A stretch of DNA of 64,000 nt. Source: Thermodesulfobacteriota bacterium. GTDB taxonomy: Bacteria; Desulfobacterota_D; UBA1144; Nemesobacterales; UBA2774. This document shows, piece after piece, positions 18,713 through 29,239 of this stretch (positions are counted from its first letter, which is position 1; each line of letters starts with the position of its first letter). The position numbers and the translations under genes are program-made. The notes beneath the pieces were generated by a model, which made no database searches, was not told where the DNA came from, and saw only the letters and a program-made list of their open reading frames with translations. Location: assembly GCA_965223335.1 (NCBI GenBank), contig OZ244991.1, positions 832,001 through 896,000 of the forward strand, read 5' to 3'.

Positions 18713-19068
18713 ATCGTAACACCTCGCATTTATTAAGATTATTCGTGAACTTTAAAGTAACGTGACCGAAATGTCAATTATCCGCCCACTCACGCTATAT
18801 AGTAGCATATTTTCAACTCTACTATTTAAAATATTTACAAACCTCATACCGAACATTAAACTACATCTTGTATAGACCCTCCAATAGCCCTTAAACCCTA
18901 AAACACACAACAACAACTACAACCCAAGAAATTATACGCTATTGCGGTATATAATCCCGTTAATTTATTATATAATATGTGATACTGGGCAGTTAGACGC
19001 GACTCTGTTATTACGCAATTGCGTATTTAGTGCTTGACTTTCCCTTTTTCTGCAATACATTTAAAAAC

Positions 19069-19542
19069 ATGAAAGACTCTAAGCGGCAGGCTAAAAATAG
19101 GTACGAACAGGGTATGGAAAAGTTCTCTCAGATAAGGGGTAAGGAAACCGATGTTTCCATAAAACGGTTAGAGAGCCTAAGCCCGGATCTCGCTAAGTAC
19201 GCCATGGAGTTCCCGTTTGGCGATATCTATAGCAGACAGGGCCTCGACCTTAGATCACGAGAGATAGCCACTATGTCCTCGCTCATAACACAGGGGAACT
19301 TTCCCCAGCAGCTAAAAGTACATATACACTGTGCATTAAACGTCGGTGTTACCCGCCAGGAGATCATCGAGATCATACTCCAGATGTCGGTCTATGTGGG
19401 TTTCCCCTCGGCCATTAACGCTATGCAGATCGCAAAAGAGGTATTCGATGAGCTCGATAACGAGAAAAGAGTGCTTAGCAATTATAAAGACAGTAAGTCC
19501 GAGATAAAAGGGCTAATGAAACCCCAGTATAAAAAACAGTAG
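19069..19542 (+). CDS. Carboxymuconolactone decarboxylase (CMD) family protein
   Basis: FGDIYSRQGLDLRSREI, QLKVHIHCALNVG, YVGFPSA; start set at ATG 19069. Confidence 0.85.
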   Translation: MKDSKRQAKNRYEQGMEKFSQIRGKETDVSIKRLESLSPDLAKYAMEFPFGDIYSRQGLDLRSREIATMSSLITQGNFPQQLKVHIHCALNVGVTRQEIIEIILQMSVYVGFPSAINAMQIAKEVFDELDNEKRVLSNYKDSKSEIKGLMKPQYKKQ

Positions 19543-19579
19543 AGTCAGAGACTACAAACCGATTTTTCAAATTCTGAAA

Positions 19580-20752
19580 TTAGAGGATCCCGTGGGCTTT
19601 CTTAAACGCGTCTAGAGCCCGGTCTATATGTTCCACCGTGTGTGTGGCCATCAGAGTGGCTCGTATACGGCACTTGCCCTCGGGTACAGAGGGTGGACGG
19701 ACCGCAGGGGTAAACACCCCCTGCTCACGCAGAATACTCGCAAACCGAAGCGTATCCTCGGCATTTCCTATCAACACAGGTATCACTGCCGAATCCGACG
19801 GAAGCACCGTAAGCCCGATCTTGTTTAACCCGGCCTTAAACCGATGGATTAACTCCCAAAGACGCCCTCTGCGCTCGGGCTCCCCCTCTATTATATCAAT
19901 AGCCGCGAGGGATGCAGCGAGTGACGCTGCCGGCAAAGAGGTATCAAATATATAGCTCCTCACGCGGTTGCGGATAAAATCAATTAGCTCCTTGGTGCCC
20001 GCAATATAGCCTCCTAACGAACCCGTGGCCTTTGAGAGTGTGCCCATCACAACATGCACCCTGTCCTCGACATCAAAGTGTTCGGTTGCCCCGCTTCCCC
20101 TCTTACCCAACACCCCGGTGGCATGGGCCTCATCCACCATGAGTATGCACTTATGCCCCTGTGCAATATCGGCAAGCTCCCCTAGATTGACCAGATCGCC
20201 GTCCATGCTAAATACCGTGTCCGTCACTATGAGCTTACGGCCGGGGTGATCCGTGTCGGATTGTAGCAACGTCGATAAATTGTTTAGATCCAGGTGCCGA
20301 TACACCTTTATCTCCGCACGCGCAAGCCTACACCCATCTATAATAGACGCATGGTTGAGCTCATCGCTGTAGACTATATCCCCCGGGCCTACGAGTGCGG
20401 ATATCGTTCCGATATTCGCCAAATAGCCCGAGCTGAAAAGGATTGCGGCCTCGGTGTTTTTAAACCCGGCGATTCGCGATTCGAGCTCCCTGTGAAGATC
20501 GGTGCTCCCGCTTACAAGGCGCGAGCCACCCGAGCCCGAGCCATATTTCTCAAGGGCCTCCTTTGCGCGGGTCACAACCTTGGGATCAGTCGAGAGCCCC
20601 AGGTAGCTGTTTGAAGAGAGTAGAATATACTCTCTCCCGTCTATAGTTATCGTAGGGGTTTGACCGGTCTCAAGCTCGCTAAGCACTCTAAAGAGTTGGT
20701 TCTCTCGGATTAGCTCAAGCTCTTGGGTAATCCAATCAAGGGGATCATGCAT
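19580..20752 (-). CDS. bioF: 8-amino-7-oxononanoate synthase
   Basis: SSNSYLGL, GSGGSRLVSG, DELNHASIIDG, FSMDGD, DEAHATG, GTLSKA. Confidence 0.93.
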   Translation of the reverse strand: MHDPLDWITQELELIRENQLFRVLSELETGQTPTITIDGREYILLSSNSYLGLSTDPKVVTRAKEALEKYGSGSGGSRLVSGSTDLHRELESRIAGFKNTEAAILFSSGYLANIGTISALVGPGDIVYSDELNHASIIDGCRLARAEIKVYRHLDLNNLSTLLQSDTDHPGRKLIVTDTVFSMDGDLVNLGELADIAQGHKCILMVDEAHATGVLGKRGSGATEHFDVEDRVHVVMGTLSKATGSLGGYIAGTKELIDFIRNRVRSYIFDTSLPAASLAASLAAIDIIEGEPERRGRLWELIHRFKAGLNKIGLTVLPSDSAVIPVLIGNAEDTLRFASILREQGVFTPAVRPPSVPEGKCRIRATLMATHTVEHIDRALDAFKKAHGIL

Positions 20753-20798
20753 ATCTATTCTCGGTCGGCAAATAAATTAGAACCGATAAATCGTATTG

Positions 20799-22157
20799 TC
20801 ATACGGTTTCTGTGGCTTGCTTAATCGAGTCGTATGTTACGTGCAGAAGCTTCTTTAGGTCTTCCATGGGGATTCCTACTGGGGGCATCAGTACCACAAC
20901 ATTGCCTAGAGGCCGGATCAACACACCCCGCTCCATAGCAGCTTCAGCCACCCTCCACCCCATTTTCTGCGACAGGGGGTAGGGGTGTTTAGACTCCTTG
21001 TCCTCAACAAGCTCGATCCCTACCATAAACCCCTTATTACGCACATCCCCCACATGCTCAAGCCCTGAGAACTCCTTGAGCTCCTGCTCCAAATACTCTA
21101 TTTTCGGCCGCAGTTTATTAAGCGTATCGTTGTTTCTAAATGCCTCCAGGTTCCCAAGCCCAGCGGCACTAGCGATAGGGTTGCCCGCATAGCTGTGGCC
21201 ATGGAAAAAGGTTTTAAACTCGTCATAGTTTCCAAGAAACGTCTGGTAAATCTCCTCATTCGTAATAGTGGCTGAGAGCGGCAGGTACCCGCCCGTCATA
21301 CCCTTGCCCAGCACCATGATATCTGGTGTCACACCCTCATGCTCACACGCAAACATAGTCCCCGTCCTACCGAACCCGGTAGCAACCTCGTCCAGTATCA
21401 TAAGCACATCGTATTTGTCACAGTACTCCCGCACTTTTTCAAGATAGCCCGGGGGCGAAACTATCATCCCGCCCGCAGCCTGTACGTAGGGCTCGAATAT
21501 GACACCGGCGATTTGCTCCGCATGCTCAGAGAGTACTTTTTCTATCTCATCCGCACACCCAAGACCGCACTCCGGATAGGATTTATTAAGCGCACATCTG
21601 TAACAGTAGTAAGACGGGACTTTATATGTATCGAATAAAAGGGGTTTAAAGGTGTCATGAAAGATGTCTATCCCACCCACCGACACCGCGCCTAGAGTAT
21701 CCCCGTGGTAGCCATTCTCAAGACAGATGAATTTTATTTTTTTGTCTAGTCCCTTGTGCTGCCAGTACTGAAAGGTCATCTTGATCGCAACCTCCACAGC
21801 ACTGGCCCCGTCCCCGGAGTAAAAAACCTTCTTTAGTCCCTCGGGGCAGTTTTCTATAAGCTCTTTTGCAAGCTCCACTGCCGGGGGGTTCGTCACACCC
21901 AGCAAAGTGCTATGCCCGAGTCTATCCACCTGGGCTTTAATTGCGTTATCAATCTCGGGCACTTTGTGCCCATGAACGTTTACCCATAGGGACGATACAC
22001 CGTCAATGTACCTGTTGCCCTCGGTATCAATCAGGTAAGAGCCCTCCCCGCCCTCTATCACAAGGGGGTCGCGCTCCTCATACTCTTTCATCTGAGTAAA
22101 AGGGTGCCATATGTACTCTCTATCGAGTTTGCCTAGTTTCTTCGTACGATCCGTCAT
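20799..22157 (-). CDS. bioA: Adenosylmethionine-8-amino-7-oxononanoate transaminase
   Basis: IWHPFTQM, DGVSSLWVNVHGH, GYHGDT, DEVATGFGRTG, HGHSYAGNP. Confidence 0.95.
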   Translation of the reverse strand: MTDRTKKLGKLDREYIWHPFTQMKEYEERDPLVIEGGEGSYLIDTEGNRYIDGVSSLWVNVHGHKVPEIDNAIKAQVDRLGHSTLLGVTNPPAVELAKELIENCPEGLKKVFYSGDGASAVEVAIKMTFQYWQHKGLDKKIKFICLENGYHGDTLGAVSVGGIDIFHDTFKPLLFDTYKVPSYYCYRCALNKSYPECGLGCADEIEKVLSEHAEQIAGVIFEPYVQAAGGMIVSPPGYLEKVREYCDKYDVLMILDEVATGFGRTGTMFACEHEGVTPDIMVLGKGMTGGYLPLSATITNEEIYQTFLGNYDEFKTFFHGHSYAGNPIASAAGLGNLEAFRNNDTLNKLRPKIEYLEQELKEFSGLEHVGDVRNKGFMVGIELVEDKESKHPYPLSQKMGWRVAEAAMERGVLIRPLGNVVVLMPPVGIPMEDLKKLLHVTYDSIKQATETV

Positions 22158-22226
22158 CGAGAATGAGAAGTATACTTTAAACCGAGCTTATTTTCATTGA
22201 GGGTAATAACTGTTGGGCGGGACCGA

Positions 22227-23219
22227 TCAGTTAACGTCAGTTCTTACGGGCATTTCCAAATCGTCTAGCATCTTGAGGTCTTCCTCGGGGCTGCGTCCAG
22301 GTGTGGTTAGATAATTGCCGAGTATCATGGCGTTTGCACCCGCCAAAAGTCCCATGGCCTGAAGGTCGCGCAGCGTTACCTCTCTGCCCCCGGCAGTCAT
22401 AAGGATTTTGTCGGGCAGTATCATGCGATATATTGAGATTGTTTTCACAGCCTCAAACGGGGTTATCATCTCCAGGTGTTCAAACGGTGTGCCGGGCCGG
22501 GGGTTTAAGAAGTTGATAGGCACCCAGCTGGGCTCAAGCTCCTTTAACTCAAATGCCAGCTCTATCCTCTGTCTTGTGGTCTCTCCCATCCCCAGAATCC
22601 CGCCGCTGCACAGGTTCATGTCGGCCTCTTTGACCAGTTGAGCGGTTTGCCATCTATCCTCATAGCTGTGTGTTGTGCAGACATTTGGGAAAAAACTTCT
22701 GCAAGCCTCTAGGTTATGGTTATAGCGCCACACCCCATGGTCCCTAAGCTCGAAAGCCTGCTCCCTATTTAGGTCCCCGAGCGAGCAACCCACCTTAAGG
22801 TCGGTCTCAGCTACAAGCAGGTCCACAGCCTCTAATACCTTTTTAAAAATCCTGGGCGTAGGCCCTTTAGCGCTAATTACGATACAGAAGTCCATGGCAC
22901 CCAAGCTCTTGGCGTGTTTAGCGGCATCTAGGATCTTTTCTGCATCCATAAGCGGGTGCGCTTGCACATTAGAATCAAAATGAACAGATTGAGAGCAGAA
23001 CGAACAGTCCTCGGGACAGTTACCGGTCTGGGCACTAATAATCGAACGCAAGAACACTCCGTCACCTTTATACTTCAAGGTAACCTTCCTAGCTAAAGCA
23101 ATCAGTTCCGGGAGAGAGGATTTTTCTAACTCCATTAACTCTAGAGCTTCGTCAAAGCTTATATCCTCATTCGAGTCCAGTAATTTTTCCGCAACCTGAT
23201 TTAATATACTAATAGCCAA
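22227..23219 (-). CDS. bioB: Biotin synthase
   Basis: Radical SAM CPEDCSFCSQS, YNHNLE, CSGGILGMGE, VPINFL, AGGRE, GNYLTT. Confidence 0.95.
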   Translation of the reverse strand: MAISILNQVAEKLLDSNEDISFDEALELMELEKSSLPELIALARKVTLKYKGDGVFLRSIISAQTGNCPEDCSFCSQSVHFDSNVQAHPLMDAEKILDAAKHAKSLGAMDFCIVISAKGPTPRIFKKVLEAVDLLVAETDLKVGCSLGDLNREQAFELRDHGVWRYNHNLEACRSFFPNVCTTHSYEDRWQTAQLVKEADMNLCSGGILGMGETTRQRIELAFELKELEPSWVPINFLNPRPGTPFEHLEMITPFEAVKTISIYRMILPDKILMTAGGREVTLRDLQAMGLLAGANAMILGNYLTTPGRSPEEDLKMLDDLEMPVRTDVN

Positions 23220-23757
23220 CTCCGAAATTCGTGATGAGAGATTTCTAATTTACAGTAAGATCCGTAATTGTCAATCTACCGTATAGATAGATACGATTCC
23301 TTATTATATGTTGTCCGATGCGACACCTCATATTAGATATTAAAGCTCAATTTTGTTGTTATTTGTACTCAACTCATGTAATCAGAATGTATGATAAAAA
23401 ATATTTTATGTCATGGCAATGGGGACAAAAGTTGCATTAATGATATTTCTTGAATAGTATTTAATAATATATAGTGACTTTATAGTCGTCGACATGGTCG
23501 GATCACAAAAACTTAGTTGCGATTTATTGTATGATTGGAGGCGGTTATAAAACTAACACATACGTTTGAATGCTTGAAAATAGATAAATAAATTCATAGG
23601 CTAAGTGCGAAAGTAATAAATATTCAAATTCAATATTTAGACGTCTTTGGCCTACAATGCTTCTTATTAGTTGTAATTTGTTATCATTTTTCTGATTTTA
23701 TGGTGTATAATTGAATATCTGACAAAAAAAACAAACACCGACAAGAGGAGAAACACA

Positions 23758-24318
23758 ATGGAGAATATAATGACTCTGGAGGAGGCTGCAAAATACCTAA
23801 AAATTGCAAAGCCCACACTATACAGATTATTGGAAGACGGAAAGATTCCCGCGTTCAAAGTAGGGAACCAGTGGCGCTTCACAAGGGATCTAATTAACCA
23901 GTGGCTCTGGAATCAGATTCCCAAAGAAAAGAGGGCTCTTGTCGTAGATGATGAAGAACTGATCTGTATGGATCTAAACAACATTATATTTTCTGAAGGC
24001 CACCGTGTAATATCGGTTAACACAGGCACAGAGGCCATTACACTGATCCAAGAAAACACCTTTGATCTGGTGTTTCTTGACCTCTCGCTAGACGACGTAA
24101 GCGGTGTAGATGTGCTAAAGAAAATCCGCGAGACCCAGCCCGATCTCCTTGTTGTTATCATCACCGGCTATCCCGACAGCGACCTTATGAACGAAGCGCT
24201 TGAGCTGGGGCCAATATCGGTGATTAAAAAACCATTCACCAAGAAACAGATCAGAAGTCTACTTAAATTATTGACAACCCCGGCATCGGGGGATAGTAAG
24301 GGAGTAAGTCAAATATGA
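23758..24318 (+). CDS. Excisionase-type HTH / receiver-domain response regulator
   Basis: EEAAKYLKI...TLYRL...GKIPAFKVGNQWRF followed by REC domain (VVDDE, FLDL, KKPF). Confidence 0.88.
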   Translation: MENIMTLEEAAKYLKIAKPTLYRLLEDGKIPAFKVGNQWRFTRDLINQWLWNQIPKEKRALVVDDEELICMDLNNIIFSEGHRVISVNTGTEAITLIQENTFDLVFLDLSLDDVSGVDVLKKIRETQPDLLVVIITGYPDSDLMNEALELGPISVIKKPFTKKQIRSLLKLLTTPASGDSKGVSQI

Positions 24319-27131
24319 ATTCAGACGTAGTATCCGATAGTCCGCAAGAGTTGAGTTGCGGGGACCATGTTTGTTTCATTTTTGATTCGGATAAAGAACA
24401 GATTGAATTTCTAGCAGAATTTATTAAAGCGGGTCTGGAAAAAAACGAAAAGATAATCTATATATCAGCCTCAGAAGATTATAGCTCGATAATAAACCAA
24501 CTAAAAACCCAAGATCTAGACCTGGAGAGTCTGCTCTCGGCAAGTAAGTTCGAGATTTACAACACCAAGGAAACATATTTAAAGGACGATCAATTTTCTC
24601 CAGAAGATATGTGTGGGTTTATCAAAGAACAGACTGACCGCGCAATAGACGAAGGATTCCGAGCACTTAGGATCACAGGTGAGATGACTTGGACTCTTCA
24701 CGAGCCCGATGTAGCCGACAAGCTGATGGAGTATGAAGTCATGATAAATTCAGGGCTCTGCAATAACAACTGTGTAGCGCTCTGTCAATACGATAAACGT
24801 CTGTTCGATTCGTCAAAGCTGCTTGAGCTTATCTCGGCTCACCCAAAATCAGTAGTAGGTAACAATATATATAGTAATTTTGAACCTGGGGAACAAACGC
24901 TATTTATGGCAAACAAGGCTGCCACCAATGACACAAGCGAGAGCACAATGGATGTAAGCCACAATGGTGCTAAAGAAACACTAAGGCATGGGGAAGAGAG
25001 CTATAAGTGGTTGTATGAACATAACCCTTCGATGTATTTCACGCTCGATACCGATGGGATTGTGGTATCGGTAAATAAATTTGGTGCCGAGCAGCTCGGG
25101 TACGAATCCAACGAATTAATAGGGAAGTCTGTTTTCGATATTTTCCACCCTAAAGACAGAAAATTGGTCAAAGAAAAGGTCGTGAGTTTTTTGAACAACC
25201 CTGACGGGGTTGCCAATTGGGAATTTCGTAAAGTACGTAAGGACGGCAGGACCATATGGGTACACGAGAGAGTAAGGCTGCTCGAGGATGATAAGGGCAG
25301 AAAGTTATTGCTGGTTGTTTGCGACGACATATCAAAACAAAAACGGGACGAAAGGCTACTATCCAGCGAAAAAAGAGCCCTCGAATTAATCGCAAGCAAC
25401 CTCCATATCCACGAGATACTAAAGGGAATTTGTCTCGAAGTAGAAGCGCAGAGCGACAGCATGCTGTGCTCATTCCTTTTGTTAGACAAAGAAACTGAAA
25501 CACTACACACAGGAGCAGCCCCAAGCTTACCACCCGAATACACACAGGCCATAGAGGGTCTGCATATTGGTCCAGCAGTGGGCTCCTGCGGCACGGCCGC
25601 GTATAGAAACGAACCGGTCATTGTGTCTGATATTGCAACCGACCCACTTTGGAAAAACGGTAAAACCTTAGCACTCAAACACAATTTAAAAGCATGTTGG
25701 TCAACACCGATTAATGCCATAGACGGCAGTGTGCTTGGCACATTTGCGGTTTACTACAAAGAACCCAGACGACCGGAAGAAGAGGAATTAACTATAATCG
25801 AAAGGGCCACTTACCTCGCAAAAATTGCCATAGAACGCTCACAGTTCGACAAAGAGCTCGAGGCCAATCTATCTCTAATCACAAAGAAAAAAAGGTACGA
25901 AGAAACCGTTAGGATTGTCACACAGAGTGTGCACCGCTCAATTGAGCTCCAAGAGGTCATTGAAAACGCTGTGGACTCAATGCACAAAAACATAAGCGAA
26001 ATAAAATACGTAGCAATATATTTGGTCGAAGGCAGGCATGCGGTGGCCAAGTCGTATAGGGGGTTTCCGGACTGGTTTATAGAGCGTGCCGGCAGGATTC
26101 TCTACCCCATCGGTTATACGTGGAAGACCATAATCGAAGGGAAACCGAGATACTGTCCCGATGTAGACGAAGACAACGTAATAGGCCCGGCCGGTAGAGA
26201 GTTGGGCACTAAGAGCTACGCCTCTATGCCCATACAGTTCGGCGGCAAGACGATAGGGGCCATTATCATCAACTCGCTTAAGAAACATGCATTTGATCAA
26301 GACGACTTGAAACTGCTTGAGATTGTATCCAACCAGATCTCGGTAGCCGTGAACAACGCAAAGCAGGCAGAAGAACTGAAATTAGCCCGAGACGAACTGG
26401 ACCTAAGGGTAAACCAGCGCACAGCCGACCTCTTGAGGATTAACACCCTGCTTGAGCACGAGATCCACGACCGCAAGGTAGCCGAGGAACAGATAAAAAA
26501 ATCCTTGGACGAAAAAGATGTGTTGCTAAAAGAGATCCATCACAGGGTAAAGAATAACCTGCAGCTTATATCGAGCTTAATCAGCCTACAGTCCGAGTAC
26601 TTTCAGGATGAAAAAGCAGTGGAAATGATCGAGGAAAGCCAAAACCGTATAAGAACCCTTGCAATGATCCATGAACAGCTCTACCAATCACCCGACCTCG
26701 CCAGGATCGATATCGGTCTCTACATCCAGGAACTCACCGCTAACCTATTCAACTCATACCAGGTAGACCCCTCTCAAATAAACGCAGACGTAGACGTAAG
26801 CGGGGTACTGCTCGACATAAACAAAGCTATCCCATGTGGACTTATAATAAATGAGTTGGTCTCGAACTCACTTAAACACGCATTCCCCAACGGCAGACAG
26901 GGCAAGGTAATGGTCCGGCTCTTTACAAACAACAGTACCGAGGACTCAAGCGACGTACCGTATGATCTTGTTATCAGGGACGATGGTATAGGTTTCCCGG
27001 AAGAGATAGATTACAAGCACACCGACTCTCTCGGATTACAACTGGTCAACACACTCACCAAACAACTAAAGGGGAATATCGAGCTCGACACGAGCAACGG
27101 GACCGAATTTAGAATCACTTTTAGTAGTTAA
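24315..27131 (+). CDS. Sensor histidine kinase MEDS-PAS-GAF-GAF-HisKA_2-HATPase
   Basis: GDHVCFIF/ALRITGEM/ALCQYD (MEDS), PAS, GSCGTAAY GAF, second GAF, EIHHRVKNNLQ, NELVSNSLKHAF, DDGIG, SLGL; no TM segments. Confidence 0.88.
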   Translation: MNSDVVSDSPQELSCGDHVCFIFDSDKEQIEFLAEFIKAGLEKNEKIIYISASEDYSSIINQLKTQDLDLESLLSASKFEIYNTKETYLKDDQFSPEDMCGFIKEQTDRAIDEGFRALRITGEMTWTLHEPDVADKLMEYEVMINSGLCNNNCVALCQYDKRLFDSSKLLELISAHPKSVVGNNIYSNFEPGEQTLFMANKAATNDTSESTMDVSHNGAKETLRHGEESYKWLYEHNPSMYFTLDTDGIVVSVNKFGAEQLGYESNELIGKSVFDIFHPKDRKLVKEKVVSFLNNPDGVANWEFRKVRKDGRTIWVHERVRLLEDDKGRKLLLVVCDDISKQKRDERLLSSEKRALELIASNLHIHEILKGICLEVEAQSDSMLCSFLLLDKETETLHTGAAPSLPPEYTQAIEGLHIGPAVGSCGTAAYRNEPVIVSDIATDPLWKNGKTLALKHNLKACWSTPINAIDGSVLGTFAVYYKEPRRPEEEELTIIERATYLAKIAIERSQFDKELEANLSLITKKKRYEETVRIVTQSVHRSIELQEVIENAVDSMHKNISEIKYVAIYLVEGRHAVAKSYRGFPDWFIERAGRILYPIGYTWKTIIEGKPRYCPDVDEDNVIGPAGRELGTKSYASMPIQFGGKTIGAIIINSLKKHAFDQDDLKLLEIVSNQISVAVNNAKQAEELKLARDELDLRVNQRTADLLRINTLLEHEIHDRKVAEEQIKKSLDEKDVLLKEIHHRVKNNLQLISSLISLQSEYFQDEKAVEMIEESQNRIRTLAMIHEQLYQSPDLARIDIGLYIQELTANLFNSYQVDPSQINADVDVSGVLLDINKAIPCGLIINELVSNSLKHAFPNGRQGKVMVRLFTNNSTEDSSDVPYDLVIRDDGIGFPEEIDYKHTDSLGLQLVNTLTKQLKGNIELDTSNGTEFRITFSS

Positions 27132-27141
27132 GTAATCTATA

Positions 27142-29103
27142 ATGATAAAAATCTTAATTGTTGAAGACGAACAGATCGTCGCGACCGATATTAAAAATAA
27201 ACTGTCTCGGCTTGGATACGAGGTAACCGCTGTTGTAAACAGCGGTGAGAGCGCATTAGAAGAGGTATCCAAAAACATCCCCGACCTGGCGTTGATGGAT
27301 ATAAAGCTCGAAGGGGATATGGACGGAGTCGAGACCGCAGGTTATCTAAGGGAAAAATACGATATCCCTGTTATCTATCTTACCGCTTTTGTAGATCAAA
27401 ACACCCTAGAAGGTGCCAAGGTCACTCAACCTTACGGTTACATACTAAAACCATTTGTGTTAAAAGAGCTTCAGAGCAATATTGAGATAGCAATACATAG
27501 AAGCCGCCTGGAAAAAAAGCTGCGACAGCGCGAACAATGGCTAAGCACCATCCTCCACTCAATAGGTGACGCTGTAATCGTAACAAACGAGAATGAAGAA
27601 ATAATGTTCATGAACCCTGTGGCAGAACACCTAACCGGCTCAGTCGAAGACGAGGTAAAGGGTAAGAATCTCGAAGACGTATACAGTTTGGTTGTCGATG
27701 ATTCAATCGACGAATCTAGTCAGGTTGCAAAGAGTTATTCAGAGCCCGAGAGTATTGACTCCCTCCGTAGACACTCGGGCAGGTTAATAAAAAACGGCAC
27801 CGAGATACCTATAGAAGAAAACATTGCCCCTATTAAAGACCACAAAGGCGACAAAACGGGATCGGTGCTTGTGTTCCGAGACATATCAGAGCTAAAAAAT
27901 ATTCAGGATTACCTTGTTAAAATCCAAAAAATAGAGTCACTGGCAATACTTGCCGGTGCCATAGCTCACAACTTCAACAACAGCCTCACAGCCATTCTCG
28001 GCAACCTTTCATTGGTCCATTCGTTCCTCACACCCGACGACAAGCTCTACGATATGATTACCGATGCCGAAGACGCTACGATGATAGCCAGAAACCTAAC
28101 CCAGCAGCTCTCTACTTTTTCAAAGGGTGGGGTCTCAGAGTATAAAGAGGTCTCTTCGATTGGCTCATTGCTCACAAAAACCGCAAACCTCGCACTCGAG
28201 GGTTCCCATATAGAAAAAGAGTTGAGTATACCTGCCGACCAACCTATAAATTCCGATGCAAAAGGAGCTCCGGACGGGCTCTGGCCGGTAAATATCGACG
28301 TCGAATTAATCACACAGGCCATCAACAACGTAATAATGAACGCGAAACAGGCCATGCCGGCCGCTGGCACACTAAGCATCACAGCCAAAAACATCGACAA
28401 CTTGCCCTCTGAGAAAAACGGCGGTGAAACCCGCCCCTATGTCATGATTACGATCAAAGACACCGGCATCGGCATAACTAAAGACGACCTGCCCAAGATC
28501 TTCGATCCGTTTTTCTCAACAAAGAGCGCAGAGACCGGACTTGGGCTTGCCGTAACCAGGTCCATTATTCTAAACCATGACGGTCTTATAGAAATAGACT
28601 CCGAGGTTAACAAAGGCACTACCTGTAATATCTATTTGCCCGCTACAGTTGTTGCGGAACACAAAACAGCCGAGTCCCCAGAAGCAATTATATACGGTAA
28701 AGGCAGGGTGCTTGTAATGGACGACGAGATCCATGTCAGAAAAGTTGTATCCGAAATGCTCGCTCATCTCGGTTACGACGTAGTATCCTCTGAAGAAGGC
28801 CTAGAGGCCACAAAACTATACGAACAGGCTTACAAATCGGAACAGCCCTTTGACGCAGTATTGATGGACCTTACAGTTAAAATCGGCATGGAAGGCAGCG
28901 AGGCAACCAAGAGGATTTTGGAGCTTGACCCCAATGCCAAGGTTATCGTATCAAGCGGCTATGCCGATAGCCCCATCATATCCAACTATCTCGATTACGG
29001 GTTTGTGGACCGGATTGTTAAACCCTATCGGATACAGGCGTTGAGCAAGGTTATGCACAGTGTCATAGAGAGCGAAAAAAATCTGGACAATCTAACCACC
29101 TAG
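27142..29103 (+). CDS. Hybrid histidine kinase REC-PAS-HisKA-HATPase-REC
   Basis: ILIVEDE REC, PAS, AHNFNN H-box, NAKQAM, DTGIG, FDPFFSTK, GLGL, C-terminal REC. Confidence 0.9.
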   Translation: MIKILIVEDEQIVATDIKNKLSRLGYEVTAVVNSGESALEEVSKNIPDLALMDIKLEGDMDGVETAGYLREKYDIPVIYLTAFVDQNTLEGAKVTQPYGYILKPFVLKELQSNIEIAIHRSRLEKKLRQREQWLSTILHSIGDAVIVTNENEEIMFMNPVAEHLTGSVEDEVKGKNLEDVYSLVVDDSIDESSQVAKSYSEPESIDSLRRHSGRLIKNGTEIPIEENIAPIKDHKGDKTGSVLVFRDISELKNIQDYLVKIQKIESLAILAGAIAHNFNNSLTAILGNLSLVHSFLTPDDKLYDMITDAEDATMIARNLTQQLSTFSKGGVSEYKEVSSIGSLLTKTANLALEGSHIEKELSIPADQPINSDAKGAPDGLWPVNIDVELITQAINNVIMNAKQAMPAAGTLSITAKNIDNLPSEKNGGETRPYVMITIKDTGIGITKDDLPKIFDPFFSTKSAETGLGLAVTRSIILNHDGLIEIDSEVNKGTTCNIYLPATVVAEHKTAESPEAIIYGKGRVLVMDDEIHVRKVVSEMLAHLGYDVVSSEEGLEATKLYEQAYKSEQPFDAVLMDLTVKIGMEGSEATKRILELDPNAKVIVSSGYADSPIISNYLDYGFVDRIVKPYRIQALSKVMHSVIESEKNLDNLTT

Positions 29104-29239
29104 TTGCCCACTGCATTTGTCTTAAATTACTAAGCATATAAATACAGTGTTCACTCCCACACACCGCTGAGTCATCCTATGTGGATTAAAATTGTTATAT
29201 TTGATACTATTTCACTATTATCCCACTAGGAGGCTTTTG

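Noticed and set aside
23758..23900. Excisionase suggesting a prophage
   Set aside because: The HTH is fused to a receiver domain within a two-component locus, and no phage genes are nearby.
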